A stretch of DNA of 45,994 bases from Gammaproteobacteria bacterium. GTDB lineage: Bacteria; Pseudomonadota; Gammaproteobacteria; Magnimaribacterales; D2472. The notes below the pieces were generated by a model. The model was not told the DNA's origin, did not search any database, and was given only the letters and a program-made list of their open reading frames with translations. The translations under genes were made by a program, and so were the position numbers. Each line of letters begins with the position of its first letter. Within the stretch, counting starts at the first letter, position 1. The stretch covers positions 1 through 45,994 of the forward strand of contig CBFHIO010000002.1 in the NCBI GenBank assembly GCA_965656035.1. Direction: 5' to 3'. Shown here in pieces: positions 10,783 to 19,826 of the stretch.

Positions 10783-11334
10783 ATGAAGAGCTTACAATCA
10801 AAAGATAATTTAATCTGGCTTGACCTAGAGATGACTGGCTTGGATCCTGAAAAAGAAAGAATCATTGAAATTGCTACATTAATTACAGACTCTCAACTTA
10901 ATATTTTGGCCGAGGGACCAAATTTGATAATAACGCAACAAACCTCGTTGTTAGACCAAATGGACGAATGGAATCAGAATCAACATGGTTCATCAGGACT
11001 GATAGATGCTGTAAAGGAGAGTTCTATTACTGAACAGATGGCTGAAATAGAGACATTAGATTTTGTTTCAAAATACGTTGGTCCAAATCAATCACCCATG
11101 TGTGGAAATACTGTTTCGCACGACAGAAGATTCTTAGCTAAATATATGCCCAGATTGGAATCTTATTTTAATTATAGGCATATAGATGTATCTTCTTTTA
11201 AAGAAGCCGCAGTTAGGTGGATGAATGAAGCTCAAGTATATGAGAAAGAAGGGTCTCATAGGGCTATGGGGGATATAAAAGAGTCAGTTGCAGAATTAAA
11301 ATTCTATAAAAATCTTTTTTTACCAGAGGACTAA
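10783..11334 (+). CDS. orn: oligoribonuclease
   Basis: 183 aa with DEDDh motifs (WLDLEMTGL, HRAMGDI). Confidence 0.93.
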   Translation: MKSLQSKDNLIWLDLEMTGLDPEKERIIEIATLITDSQLNILAEGPNLIITQQTSLLDQMDEWNQNQHGSSGLIDAVKESSITEQMAEIETLDFVSKYVGPNQSPMCGNTVSHDRRFLAKYMPRLESYFNYRHIDVSSFKEAAVRWMNEAQVYEKEGSHRAMGDIKESVAELKFYKNLFLPED

Positions 11335-11661
11335 TTAATCTTTTTTATTTAAAGGTTGGATGTTTAATGGAAACGGGCTTATCTGTCCCTTGCTTTCCTT
11401 TATTTTTGCTTCCCCGGTCTCCTTTACCTCATCTATTCTTATAATTGCATTCATAGGAATATAACTTCTTTGTACATCTGTAAATTCATTTTTGAGTTTT
11501 TCTAATGAAGGGTCTACAACTAGTTGTTTGTCTTTATTGAATATATAATCCTCAACCTCAATGAAACCGTACATATCGCTTTGAAAAATTTGTTTGGCAA
11601 AAACTTCGTATACTTCACCAAGTTGGATGAAAATTATCTTGTAAACGTTTCTAGATTTCAT
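11335..11661 (-). CDS. DUF1820-like conserved hypothetical protein
   Basis: 108 aa. The pattern YKIIF...GEVYEVFAKQI.QSDMYGFIEVE...VVDPS.EKLK.EF..V.RSYIPMNAIIRIDEV matches my memory of the DUF1820 family. Confidence 0.6.
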   Translation of the reverse strand: MKSRNVYKIIFIQLGEVYEVFAKQIFQSDMYGFIEVEDYIFNKDKQLVVDPSLEKLKNEFTDVQRSYIPMNAIIRIDEVKETGEAKIKESKGQISPFPLNIQPLNKKD

Positions 11662-11674
11662 AATACTTAACTAT

Positions 11675-13015
11675 ATGGGTACGAAACTTTATATTAAAAC
11701 CTATGGCTGTCAAATGAACGAATATGATTCGGACAAGACCGTAGATATTTTAAAAGAAAAAAAAGGAGTAGAGCTAACAAATGATGTCAAAGATGCTGAC
11801 ATCATTCTACTAAATACTTGCTCTATAAGAGATAAGGCTGAATCGAAAGTTTATTCAGAACTTGGAAGACTTAACAAACTAAAAGAAAAAAACCCTAACC
11901 TAAAAATAGGTGTTGGAGGGTGTGTTGCAACCCAAGAAGGCAGCAATATAATCAAACGCGCTCCCTATGTTGATCTTATATATGGCCCTCAAACCCTTCA
12001 TAGAGTTTCTGATTTGTTGGACGTTGATCCTAAAAAGGGCATCAAAGCAATTGATATAACTTTTCCTATTGAAGAAAAATTTGATTCTTTGCCAAAACCA
12101 ACCTCAGGAGGCCCTTCAAGATATGTTGCTATCATGGAGGGGTGTTCAAAATATTGCTCTTTTTGTGTTGTTCCTTATACCAGGGGTGATGAGGTAAGCA
12201 GAAAGCCTGAGCAAATTTTTGATGAGGTTGCTCGCCTTGCTGAACAGGGAGTAAGTGAAATTACATTTTTAGGACAAAATGTAAATTCATACAAAATGCC
12301 ATATAAGGATAGAGTTTTAAGGTTGTCAGATCTCATAGAGATAACAAGCCATATAGATGGAATCGAAAGAATCAGGTATACAACCTCTCACCCCTTAGAC
12401 ATGACGGATGATTTAATTGAGGCATATCAATATATACCACAACTGGTGAGCCAACTTCACTTACCGGTGCAATCAGGGTCAAATAAAATTCTAGAGAAGA
12501 TGAAAAGAAATTACACAATAGATATTTTCCACGATGCAGTTCAAAGAATTAAATCTTTCAGACCAGATCTGAGGGTTTCATCTGATTTTATTGTAGGCTT
12601 TCCTGGAGAATCTCATCACGATTTTATGCAGACCATGGATCTAGTTAATGAGATAGAATTTGATTCTTCTTTTAGTTTTATTTATTCCAAGAGGCCTGGA
12701 ACTCCTGCCTCTAAATTAGAGGATGTGACCCCATTAGAGGAAAAGAAAGAACGCCTTAAAACGCTTCAAGACAGGTTAAACCATTTTCATAGAAATCATA
12801 GCAAGAGTATGGTTGGAAGTATTCAAAGATGCCTTGTAACCGGCATTGCAAAAAAAAGATCAGATCAACTCCAAGCAAGAACAGAATGTAACAGAGTTGT
12901 AAATTTTGATCTTGAAAACATAGGTTTTATAGGAAAACTAGTAGACATAGAGATTACAGAGGCATTATCCTATTCTTTGTTAGGAACTTTGCATAATCCA
13001 AGAGGCAAAATTTAA
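11675..13015 (+). CDS. miaB: tRNA-2-methylthio-N6-dimethylallyladenosine synthase
   Basis: 446 aa with YGCQMNEYDS and the radical-SAM CSKYCSFC motif. It heads the conserved miaB-phoH-ybeY-corC-lnt operon. Confidence 0.93.
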   Translation: MGTKLYIKTYGCQMNEYDSDKTVDILKEKKGVELTNDVKDADIILLNTCSIRDKAESKVYSELGRLNKLKEKNPNLKIGVGGCVATQEGSNIIKRAPYVDLIYGPQTLHRVSDLLDVDPKKGIKAIDITFPIEEKFDSLPKPTSGGPSRYVAIMEGCSKYCSFCVVPYTRGDEVSRKPEQIFDEVARLAEQGVSEITFLGQNVNSYKMPYKDRVLRLSDLIEITSHIDGIERIRYTTSHPLDMTDDLIEAYQYIPQLVSQLHLPVQSGSNKILEKMKRNYTIDIFHDAVQRIKSFRPDLRVSSDFIVGFPGESHHDFMQTMDLVNEIEFDSSFSFIYSKRPGTPASKLEDVTPLEEKKERLKTLQDRLNHFHRNHSKSMVGSIQRCLVTGIAKKRSDQLQARTECNRVVNFDLENIGFIGKLVDIEITEALSYSLLGTLHNPRGKI

Positions 13016-13021
13016 AAATTA

Positions 13022-14005
13022 ATGCAAGAAACTAAAACCGCTTTAAGAAACATTTCTTTACAACCATCTAATGCAGAAAGAATAGCCTTATTTGTTGGAG
13101 AGCTTAATGGTAATTTAAAACTAATTGAAAAAACTTTTTCAGTAAAAATTTTTCATAAAGGCGATGAAGTAAAAATAACGGGTAACGAAAAAGATATTAA
13201 ATACGCCTCTGATGCAATTTTAGATTTATACAATTTAACAAAGAAAAATATTGAAATTAGCAAAGAAGCTGTTCACTTAACAATACAATCTCACTTGAAT
13301 TTGAGCCTATCAAAAAAAGCTGAGGTTATTGATTCAGACATTCATATACGAACACCGAAAAAGATTGTCAGACCAAGAGGAGGCAACCAGCAGAGCTATA
13401 TTAAAAATATAAATAATTACGAGATAAACTTTGGTATTGGTGATGCTGGAACTGGTAAAACCTATATAGCCGTGGCAGCAGCTGTGGAGGCTCTTCTTGG
13501 TGATAAGGTTCAGCGCATAGTATTAATTAGGCCAGCCGTAGAGGCCGGTGAGAAACTTGGTTTTTTACCTGGCGATCTCTCACAAAAAGTTGATCCTTAT
13601 CTAAGACCACTATATGACGGGCTTTATGAGATGCTAGGCGTTGAAAAAACAGCCAAGTTAATTGAAAAAGAAGTAATTGAAGTTGCTCCCCTTGCTTATC
13701 TTAGAGGACGAACACTTAACAATTCTTTTATCATCATGGATGAAAGTCAAAATACAACTGTAGAACAAATGAAGATGGTCCTAACAAGAATAGGTTTTGG
13801 CTCAAAAGCAGTTATTAACGGTGACTTAACTCAAGTTGATTTACCTAAACACATTACTTCAGGCCTTGATCACGTTATTCATGTTTTGAAGGAAACAGAT
13901 GGCATTGGTATTACTCGATTTTCTTCAAACGATGTGGTGAGACACCCTCTTGTCAGAAAAATAATTGATGCATATAAAAAATTTGAATCAAACATAAATA
14001 AGTGA
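13022..14005 (+). CDS. phoH: PhoH-like ATPase (YbeZ)
   Basis: 327 aa with the GDAGTGKTY Walker A and IIMDESQN Walker B motifs. Confidence 0.9.
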   Translation: MQETKTALRNISLQPSNAERIALFVGELNGNLKLIEKTFSVKIFHKGDEVKITGNEKDIKYASDAILDLYNLTKKNIEISKEAVHLTIQSHLNLSLSKKAEVIDSDIHIRTPKKIVRPRGGNQQSYIKNINNYEINFGIGDAGTGKTYIAVAAAVEALLGDKVQRIVLIRPAVEAGEKLGFLPGDLSQKVDPYLRPLYDGLYEMLGVEKTAKLIEKEVIEVAPLAYLRGRTLNNSFIIMDESQNTTVEQMKMVLTRIGFGSKAVINGDLTQVDLPKHITSGLDHVIHVLKETDGIGITRFSSNDVVRHPLVRKIIDAYKKFESNINK

Positions 14006-14448
14006 GCTTAATAATTTCTCTAGATGAGGGCATTAATATTGAAAAGCCTCTCAATAATAAATTAGACAAGATTGTATCTATAATTCTTGATGAAGAGAAA
14101 ATGTCTGACTGTGTTATAAATTTACGATTATTGGATGATAAGGAAATGAAAAAATTAAACATGCAATTTCGTCAAAAAGCTACAACTACAAATGTATTAT
14201 CTTTTCCAAATGATGATGTTTCAGTTAAACAAACAAAAAATATTGGTGATATTGCAATCAGTGTTGAGTATGTTAAAGCAGAAGCTGAAAAAGAGGGCAA
14301 AACTTTTGATGACCATATTGTTCACATGTTGGCCCATGGTGTATATCATATACTTGGATATGATCATGAAAATAATGAAAATGCTATGATCATGGAAAAT
14401 AAAGAAATACAAACTTTAAAAAAAATAAACATTGGTAATCCTTATTAA
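14002..14448 (+). CDS. ybeY: rRNA maturation endoribonuclease YbeY
   Basis: 148 aa with the HGVYHILGYDH zinc motif. The GTG start overlaps the phoH stop (GTGA). Confidence 0.9.
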   Translation: MSLIISLDEGINIEKPLNNKLDKIVSIILDEEKMSDCVINLRLLDDKEMKKLNMQFRQKATTTNVLSFPNDDVSVKQTKNIGDIAISVEYVKAEAEKEGKTFDDHIVHMLAHGVYHILGYDHENNENAMIMENKEIQTLKKINIGNPY

Positions 14449-15303
14449 ATGAATCAAAATTTAGATAGCGACGACAGTCACCCTCCTTCGGGAATCTTAT
14501 CAAAAATAAAAAAATTTTTTAGAAACCCGTTCTTCATTAAGACTCAATCTGTTTCAGATGTCACAGACTTCCTTAAAGATGCTGTTGACCTTAACATCAT
14601 TGATAAAGAGGCTGAATCCATTGCTAATAAAGCAATAAGGCTCGGCAATACAACTATCAAAGAAATAATGGTGCCTAAGGTTGATATGGTGACATTTGGA
14701 ATTGATGAAGAAATTAACACCATTATAGAAAAGATCAATGCGTCTGGTCATTCTAGATATCCGGTATTAGGGCAGGAAAGGGATGAGGTAAAAGGTATTT
14801 TGCTTGCAAAAGATATGTTGCCTAAAATTTATGGCGGAATTGCAGAATTTAGTCTAGCTGAAATGCTGCGAGAAGCAAATGTAGTCCCTGAAACTAAAAA
14901 AGCTGATTCATTGCTTGAAGAGTTTAAGAAAGATAGATCACATATTGCTGTTGTCATTGATGAATATGGAACTATATCGGGGCTAGTTACTATCGAGGAC
15001 ATTCTGGAGGAGTTAGTTGGTGAAATTGAAGACGAGCATGATGTTGATGAGGAAGAAATAATTAAAATATCACAAAATATCTATACAGCAGATGCTAAGG
15101 TTGAAATCGAAGACTTCACAGAATTTTTTAATCTAAATATAGACCCTTTAGAAATAGATGCAGAAACATTGGGTGGATTTATTATTAGTGAATTGGGAGT
15201 GCTTCCCAAAAAAGGTGACGTTGTAAAAATTGAAAATCTTTCAATCAAAGTCACCCATGCTGATGACAGAAAAATAGATAAAGTTCAAATAACAAAATCT
15301 TAA
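14449..15303 (+). CDS. corC: CBS-pair / CorC_HlyC family magnesium-cobalt efflux protein CorC (YbeX)
   Basis: 284 aa with tandem CBS domains and a C-terminal transporter-associated domain. Its position follows ybeY. Confidence 0.85.
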   Translation: MNQNLDSDDSHPPSGILSKIKKFFRNPFFIKTQSVSDVTDFLKDAVDLNIIDKEAESIANKAIRLGNTTIKEIMVPKVDMVTFGIDEEINTIIEKINASGHSRYPVLGQERDEVKGILLAKDMLPKIYGGIAEFSLAEMLREANVVPETKKADSLLEEFKKDRSHIAVVIDEYGTISGLVTIEDILEELVGEIEDEHDVDEEEIIKISQNIYTADAKVEIEDFTEFFNLNIDPLEIDAETLGGFIISELGVLPKKGDVVKIENLSIKVTHADDRKIDKVQITKS

Positions 15304-16769
15304 TGGCCCTTAAGCAATACTTCACTGCATTCGTGTTTGGGCTTATTGGAATTTTTGCCTTTGCGCCCTTCTCCATCAAGCCGCTGTTATTAGTATCGTA
15401 CGCGTACTTAATAAGATCTGTATTAATTAACAACACCCATACATTTAAGAAATTAATATTTTGGGCAATTGGTCATTGGGGTTTCGGAATGTCTTGGTTA
15501 ATAGTAAGTGTTTACTATTATGGAGAAACAAGTATATTCATATCTCTTATTATTTTTGCTCTATTAACTTTATTCCTTACACTATGTTTTGGGCTGCCTT
15601 TAATTGCACTAAAATACAGATTACACAGTGGCAAATCAGGGTCTAAATATTTAGAAATTTTATATATTTCAAGCCTTCTAATTTTATTTGAATTATCAAG
15701 ATATTATTTATTAAATGGAGTTCCGTGGTTAATTCCAGGAACTATTTTTCTAGATACACCACTTCATTCAATTTATTCTCTTGTTGGAGTTACAGGAGGC
15801 TCTTTTATCGTTTATCTCATAGCTACTTCAATAGCAACTTTTTGGGAGCACAGATATAAAATATTTTTTGGATCTTTAATATTATTTATTCCAATAATTG
15901 ATAAAAACGTAAAAACTGAATTCGATCTTAACGTTTCAATAATTCAACCCTCCTCCGATCCCTTCCAAAAATACAATCTTGGCTATAAGTCATATATTGA
16001 AAATAATATTCTTAATCTGATAAAAGACACCTCAGCAGAATCACAAATGATTGTGCTGCCTGAAGCAGAGCTTCCGTATTCGTTAAATTCAAATGATTTT
16101 AGCCAGTTCATTAATAAAATTAATAAAAAAGATAAAGAAATTATTATGGGTGTTTGGAATATTGACGATAAAACGCTTCTTAACTCATTAATTAATGTTA
16201 ATACCAATGAAATCTATAATAAAAGACATCTAGTGCCATTTGGTGAATATATACCCTTCATAAGCTCATTAAGGAGCCTAATAGACTTTTTTGATATGCC
16301 CATGTCAAATGTTGCTCATGGCAGCAGTATTCAGGAAAACATTCAAATTAGCAGTTTAGATGGGATAAGCTTCTCGCCACTCATTTGTTTTGATGTGGCT
16401 TTTGGAAATACTGTTAGAAAAAGCAACGTTAGTTCAAATTTTATAATTAATGTTAGTAATGATACTTGGTTTGGAAAATCAATGGGCCCATATCAGCACC
16501 TAGCAATAACAAGAATTAGAGCTATAGAAAATAATAAATGGATTATAAGAGCTACTAATGATGGGATTTCAGCAATAATAACAAATAATGGAACAATTGT
16601 TGATAAAATCGATAAAAATATCTCAGGCGTAATTAACTCTGGTATTAATTTTACCTATAAAAGAAGCTTATATAATATTTTTGGACACTATATTCCATTT
16701 ATATTCGCTATAATAATGGTTGTAACATTGTTTATAATTGATTTATGCTCAAAAAGAAAAAAATATTAA
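15303..16769 (+). CDS. lnt: apolipoprotein N-acyltransferase
   Basis: 488 aa with a polytopic N-terminus and a CN-hydrolase domain (catalytic Cys in PLICFD). A TAATG junction links it to corC. Confidence 0.85.
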   Translation: MALKQYFTAFVFGLIGIFAFAPFSIKPLLLVSYAYLIRSVLINNTHTFKKLIFWAIGHWGFGMSWLIVSVYYYGETSIFISLIIFALLTLFLTLCFGLPLIALKYRLHSGKSGSKYLEILYISSLLILFELSRYYLLNGVPWLIPGTIFLDTPLHSIYSLVGVTGGSFIVYLIATSIATFWEHRYKIFFGSLILFIPIIDKNVKTEFDLNVSIIQPSSDPFQKYNLGYKSYIENNILNLIKDTSAESQMIVLPEAELPYSLNSNDFSQFINKINKKDKEIIMGVWNIDDKTLLNSLINVNTNEIYNKRHLVPFGEYIPFISSLRSLIDFFDMPMSNVAHGSSIQENIQISSLDGISFSPLICFDVAFGNTVRKSNVSSNFIINVSNDTWFGKSMGPYQHLAITRIRAIENNKWIIRATNDGISAIITNNGTIVDKIDKNISGVINSGINFTYKRSLYNIFGHYIPFIFAIIMVVTLFIIDLCSKRKKY

Positions 16770-17284
16770 CATTATTGCTACTCTCAGTATTTACATATGC
16801 TGAAAGCGCCCATATTGAAGTTGATATATCTGAACAAAGACTATATTTAATGGAAAACAGCATAATCAAAGCTTCTTATCCAATCTCCACATCTAAATAT
16901 GGAGAGGGTAGTATTGAAAATTCATTCAAAACACCACTTGGGGAGCATTCTATTAAAGAGATGATTGGTGAAGAGGTAAAGATAAACACTATATTTACTT
17001 CAAGAATAAATACTAAAAGATCAGCAACTATAATTGATCAGTTTGAGGATACCGATAATGACTATGTGACATCCAGAATAATGTGGCTAGATGGCGAAGA
17101 GGATGGTTTCAATAAAGGTGGAAATGTTGACTCTTTTCGAAGATACATATACATCCACGGAACCCATGAAGAGGGGCTAATAGGCACAAAAGCATCACAT
17201 GGCTGCATTAGAATGTTTAATTATGATGTAATTGAATTATTTAATTTAGTAAATATTGGGACAAAAGTTCTAATTAGAGTCTAA
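16745..17284 (+). CDS. L,D-transpeptidase (YkuD family), secreted
   Basis: 179 aa with a signal peptide and the HGT...SHGCIRM catalytic motif. It overlaps the lnt end by 25 nt. Confidence 0.8.
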   Translation: MLKKKKILTLLLLSVFTYAESAHIEVDISEQRLYLMENSIIKASYPISTSKYGEGSIENSFKTPLGEHSIKEMIGEEVKINTIFTSRINTKRSATIIDQFEDTDNDYVTSRIMWLDGEEDGFNKGGNVDSFRRYIYIHGTHEEGLIGTKASHGCIRMFNYDVIELFNLVNIGTKVLIRV

Positions 17285-17306
17285 TATACCAAATTATAAA
17301 TACTTA

Positions 17307-19490
17307 CTAAAAGTTACCTGCAACTGAGGACATAGCAAAATTAAGTTTTTCCTTTCTATCGTCCCCCGAAGGCGCAACATTTAGCTTTTCTCCACTTTGT
17401 GCAAGTTTTATAAGTAATTCACTAGGTTTGTATGCGTCATTTCCAGTAATTTCATAATATTTCTTTAATTTATCAACAACAACGTCTAAGCCCATAGCAT
17501 TGGCATGATGCATTGGCCCACCTCTCCATATTGGAAAACCATACCCATTAATATAAACAACATCTATATCTGCTGCTCTTTGGGCTACACCCTCTGATAA
17601 TATATCAGCTCCCTCATTAATAAGAGCTAGAATACATCTGTCAGTAATTTCTTCGTCTGAAATTTCTCTTCTTGTAAAACCATTCTCTGCAGAAATCTTT
17701 TCATAGACTTCTTCGTTTTCTGGAGCGGGGTTAGGAGCTCTTGAGCCTTCACTATAGTTGTAATAACCTTTGCCATTTTTTTGACCGAATCTATCGTTAT
17801 CACATAAATAATCTCCAATCTTTGCATGAAGTGGCGATTCAACACCGCTAAGCTTTCTTGCTCTCCAGCCAAGATCAAGACCGACTAAATCCATCATTCT
17901 AAATGGACCCATATTTAATCCAAATGATTCTATTGCTTGATCAATTTGATGGGGAAGGGCGCCCTCAAGAAGAAGCATATTAGCCTGTGCTGTATAGTTA
18001 AAAAGCATCCTATTGCCAATAAAGCCTGGTGCATTAAGAGATACAACCGCAGCCTTTTTTATCTTCTTACTAACTGTCATTACACTAGCTAATGTTTCAT
18101 GAGATGTCTGTTCTCCACGAACTACTTCTAACAATCTCATGATATTAGCTGGACTAAAGAAGTGAGTACCTACTACCTTTTCAGGCCTTTTAGTTACTGA
18201 TGCTATTGCATCTACATCTAATCCAGAAGTGTTACTTGCAAGTATTGCATTTTCATTAGTATGCTCATCAAGATTTTTAAAAATTTCTAGTTTTAAATCT
18301 AGATTTTCATATACAGCCTCGATTGCAATATCGACATCATGTAAATCTTTATATTCTAGGCTTGATGATATTAGTCCAAAAACCATATCTTTTTGCTCGG
18401 GCGTCATTCGGCCTTTACCAACCATAAAGTCATAATTTTTTTCTATTACAGAAAGACCTCTTTTCAAATTTTCTTCGTCTTGATCAATTATATGGACTGG
18501 AATTCCTGCATTAGCAAAACACATAGCAATACCTCCACCCATAGTTCCTGATCCAATGATTCCAGCTTTTTTAATATCCATTGAAGGGGTGTCGGCAGGA
18601 ACATCTGAAATTTTTGATGCAGCTCGCTCTCCAAAGAATATATGAATCATTGCTTCTCTTTGCGGGTGCATTAGGCACTCAACAAATAACTCTCCTTCTT
18701 TTTTTAAGCCTTCATCAAAATCATCAAGACTTATAGCAGCCTCTACACATTTAATGATTTGACCTGGTGCAAATTGACCCTTTCTTGCCTTAGCTGCCAA
18801 AGCTTGCGCCTCAACTAAAACATTTTCTGATCCTCTTGCTTCGATCATTTTTTCATTAAGATCACGAACTTTAGGGTGATTAGAGCCTTCTTTTGCCTTT
18901 TCTTTAGCAAATTGAATAGAATCTTCTACAACATTATCAGATAGTGAGTCCACAACTCCCATATCTAAAGCTTTTTTGGCAGGTATATGTGCTCCTGTAA
19001 GCATCATTTTAAGCGCCTCTGAAGGGCCAGCCAGCCTAGGAAGTCTTTGTGTTCCGCCTCCACCAGGTAAAAGACCTAAATTTACCTCAGGTAGACCAAC
19101 AAATGCTTGTTTAGAGGCTATTCTGTAGTTACAACAAAGCGCGGTTTCTAGTCCACCACCGAGTGCTATACCATTAATGGCTGCTACCAAAGGCTTGGAA
19201 CAATACTCCATTTTTTTAAATACATCGTTCAAGTTATGCCCGCTCATATTTCCACCAAACTCTGAAATATCTGCTCCAGCTATAAATGCTCTTCCTTTAC
19301 CTGTGACAACTACACCAACAACATTTTCATCAGCTTCTGCCTTGGCAATGCCCTCAAAAAGACCATTCCTAACACCCTCACTTAGAGGGTTAACAGGAGG
19401 GTTATCTACAGTTAAAAGCGCAACGCTATCAACAATTTCATAGTGGACTGTTCCTTTCAATTTATGCTCCTTAAAAATTATGACTTGCAT
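17307..19490 (-). CDS. bifunctional enoyl-CoA hydratase / 3-hydroxyacyl-CoA dehydrogenase (FadB/FadJ-like)
   Basis: 727 aa with an N-terminal crotonase fold (FIAGADI), a central GIIGSGTMGGGIA NAD-binding site and C-terminal HCDH domains. No thiolase gene is adjacent. Confidence 0.85.
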   Translation of the reverse strand: MQVIIFKEHKLKGTVHYEIVDSVALLTVDNPPVNPLSEGVRNGLFEGIAKAEADENVVGVVVTGKGRAFIAGADISEFGGNMSGHNLNDVFKKMEYCSKPLVAAINGIALGGGLETALCCNYRIASKQAFVGLPEVNLGLLPGGGGTQRLPRLAGPSEALKMMLTGAHIPAKKALDMGVVDSLSDNVVEDSIQFAKEKAKEGSNHPKVRDLNEKMIEARGSENVLVEAQALAAKARKGQFAPGQIIKCVEAAISLDDFDEGLKKEGELFVECLMHPQREAMIHIFFGERAASKISDVPADTPSMDIKKAGIIGSGTMGGGIAMCFANAGIPVHIIDQDEENLKRGLSVIEKNYDFMVGKGRMTPEQKDMVFGLISSSLEYKDLHDVDIAIEAVYENLDLKLEIFKNLDEHTNENAILASNTSGLDVDAIASVTKRPEKVVGTHFFSPANIMRLLEVVRGEQTSHETLASVMTVSKKIKKAAVVSLNAPGFIGNRMLFNYTAQANMLLLEGALPHQIDQAIESFGLNMGPFRMMDLVGLDLGWRARKLSGVESPLHAKIGDYLCDNDRFGQKNGKGYYNYSEGSRAPNPAPENEEVYEKISAENGFTRREISDEEITDRCILALINEGADILSEGVAQRAADIDVVYINGYGFPIWRGGPMHHANAMGLDVVVDKLKKYYEITGNDAYKPSELLIKLAQSGEKLNVAPSGDDRKEKLNFAMSSVAGNF

Positions 19491-19577
19491 TATACATAAA
19501 AAATAAGCGTATTTACTCTTATAAAATTGCTCATTTATTGAGTATTTGAAATAAATTAAATTTATTTATAAAAACTA

Positions 19578-19605
19578 TTGATAATATAATATAAGTGAAT
19601 ATAAT
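19578..19605 (+). promoter_or_regulatory. candidate sigma-70 promoter (TTGATA, 16-nt spacer, TATAAT)
   Basis: The -35 element TTGATA lies at 19578-19583 and a perfect -10 TATAAT at 19600-19605, with a 16-nt spacer. The predicted start is near 19611-19613, just ahead of the structured segment. TATAAT-like strings are common by chance in such AT-rich DNA. Confidence 0.4.
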
Positions 19606-19610
19606 AATAC

Positions 19611-19687
19611 ATGTCAGCACTCCTCTCCCCCTATTAGATTTGCTGACACTCTGGAATCTTATGGAGGGCTCAGTCCCTCCATTTTTA
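19611..19687 (+). ncRNA. candidate structured leader RNA or small RNA (unclassified)
   Basis: This is a GC-rich island of about 68 nt (roughly half G+C by hand count) inside an AT-rich gap. Hairpin 1 pairs GTCAGCA (19613-19619) with TGCTGAC (19641-19647) around a C/U-rich 21-nt loop. Hairpin 2 is a terminator-like stem with a T-tract. An alternative 14-position helix joins the hairpin 1 loop to the 5' arm of the terminator. Confidence 0.45.
19663..19686 (+). terminator. intrinsic-terminator-like hairpin (GGAGGG-CTCAGT-CCCTCC followed by ATTTTT)
   Basis: A perfect 6-bp GC-rich stem (19663-19668 with 19675-19680) has a 6-nt loop and is followed by A plus T5. No plus-strand gene ends upstream of it, so it is not a gene-end terminator. 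Confidence 0.5.
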
Positions 19688-19712
19688 AATAATATTTTTA
19701 AAATGAGTAAAA

Positions 19713-19799
19713 ATGAGTAAGTATAAAGAATTATTTGAAACTGTAATCTTGGTAAGCGTTTTCGTGATATCTGTTCTTGCAATTGGCCCAATAGCTTAA
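19713..19799 (+). CDS. candidate 28-aa single-pass membrane peptide (sORF)
   Basis: Hand translation gives MSKYKELFETVILVSVFVISVLAIGPIA. It has a charged N-terminus followed by an approximately 18-residue hydrophobic helix. It ends 27 nt before the gpx ATG. I recognise no homolog. Confidence 0.35.
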   Translation: MSKYKELFETVILVSVFVISVLAIGPIA

Positions 19800-19826
19800 T
19801 TGCAACATTATATATATAATTTTTTT

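Noticed and set aside
19531-19791. 86-aa minus-strand ORF spanning the fadB-like / gpx intergenic region
   Set aside because: It has no recognisable homology and an odd composition. It runs antisense across the promoter-like element, both hairpins and the sORF. The GC-rich island is better explained as RNA structure. It cannot be excluded absolutely without conservation data.
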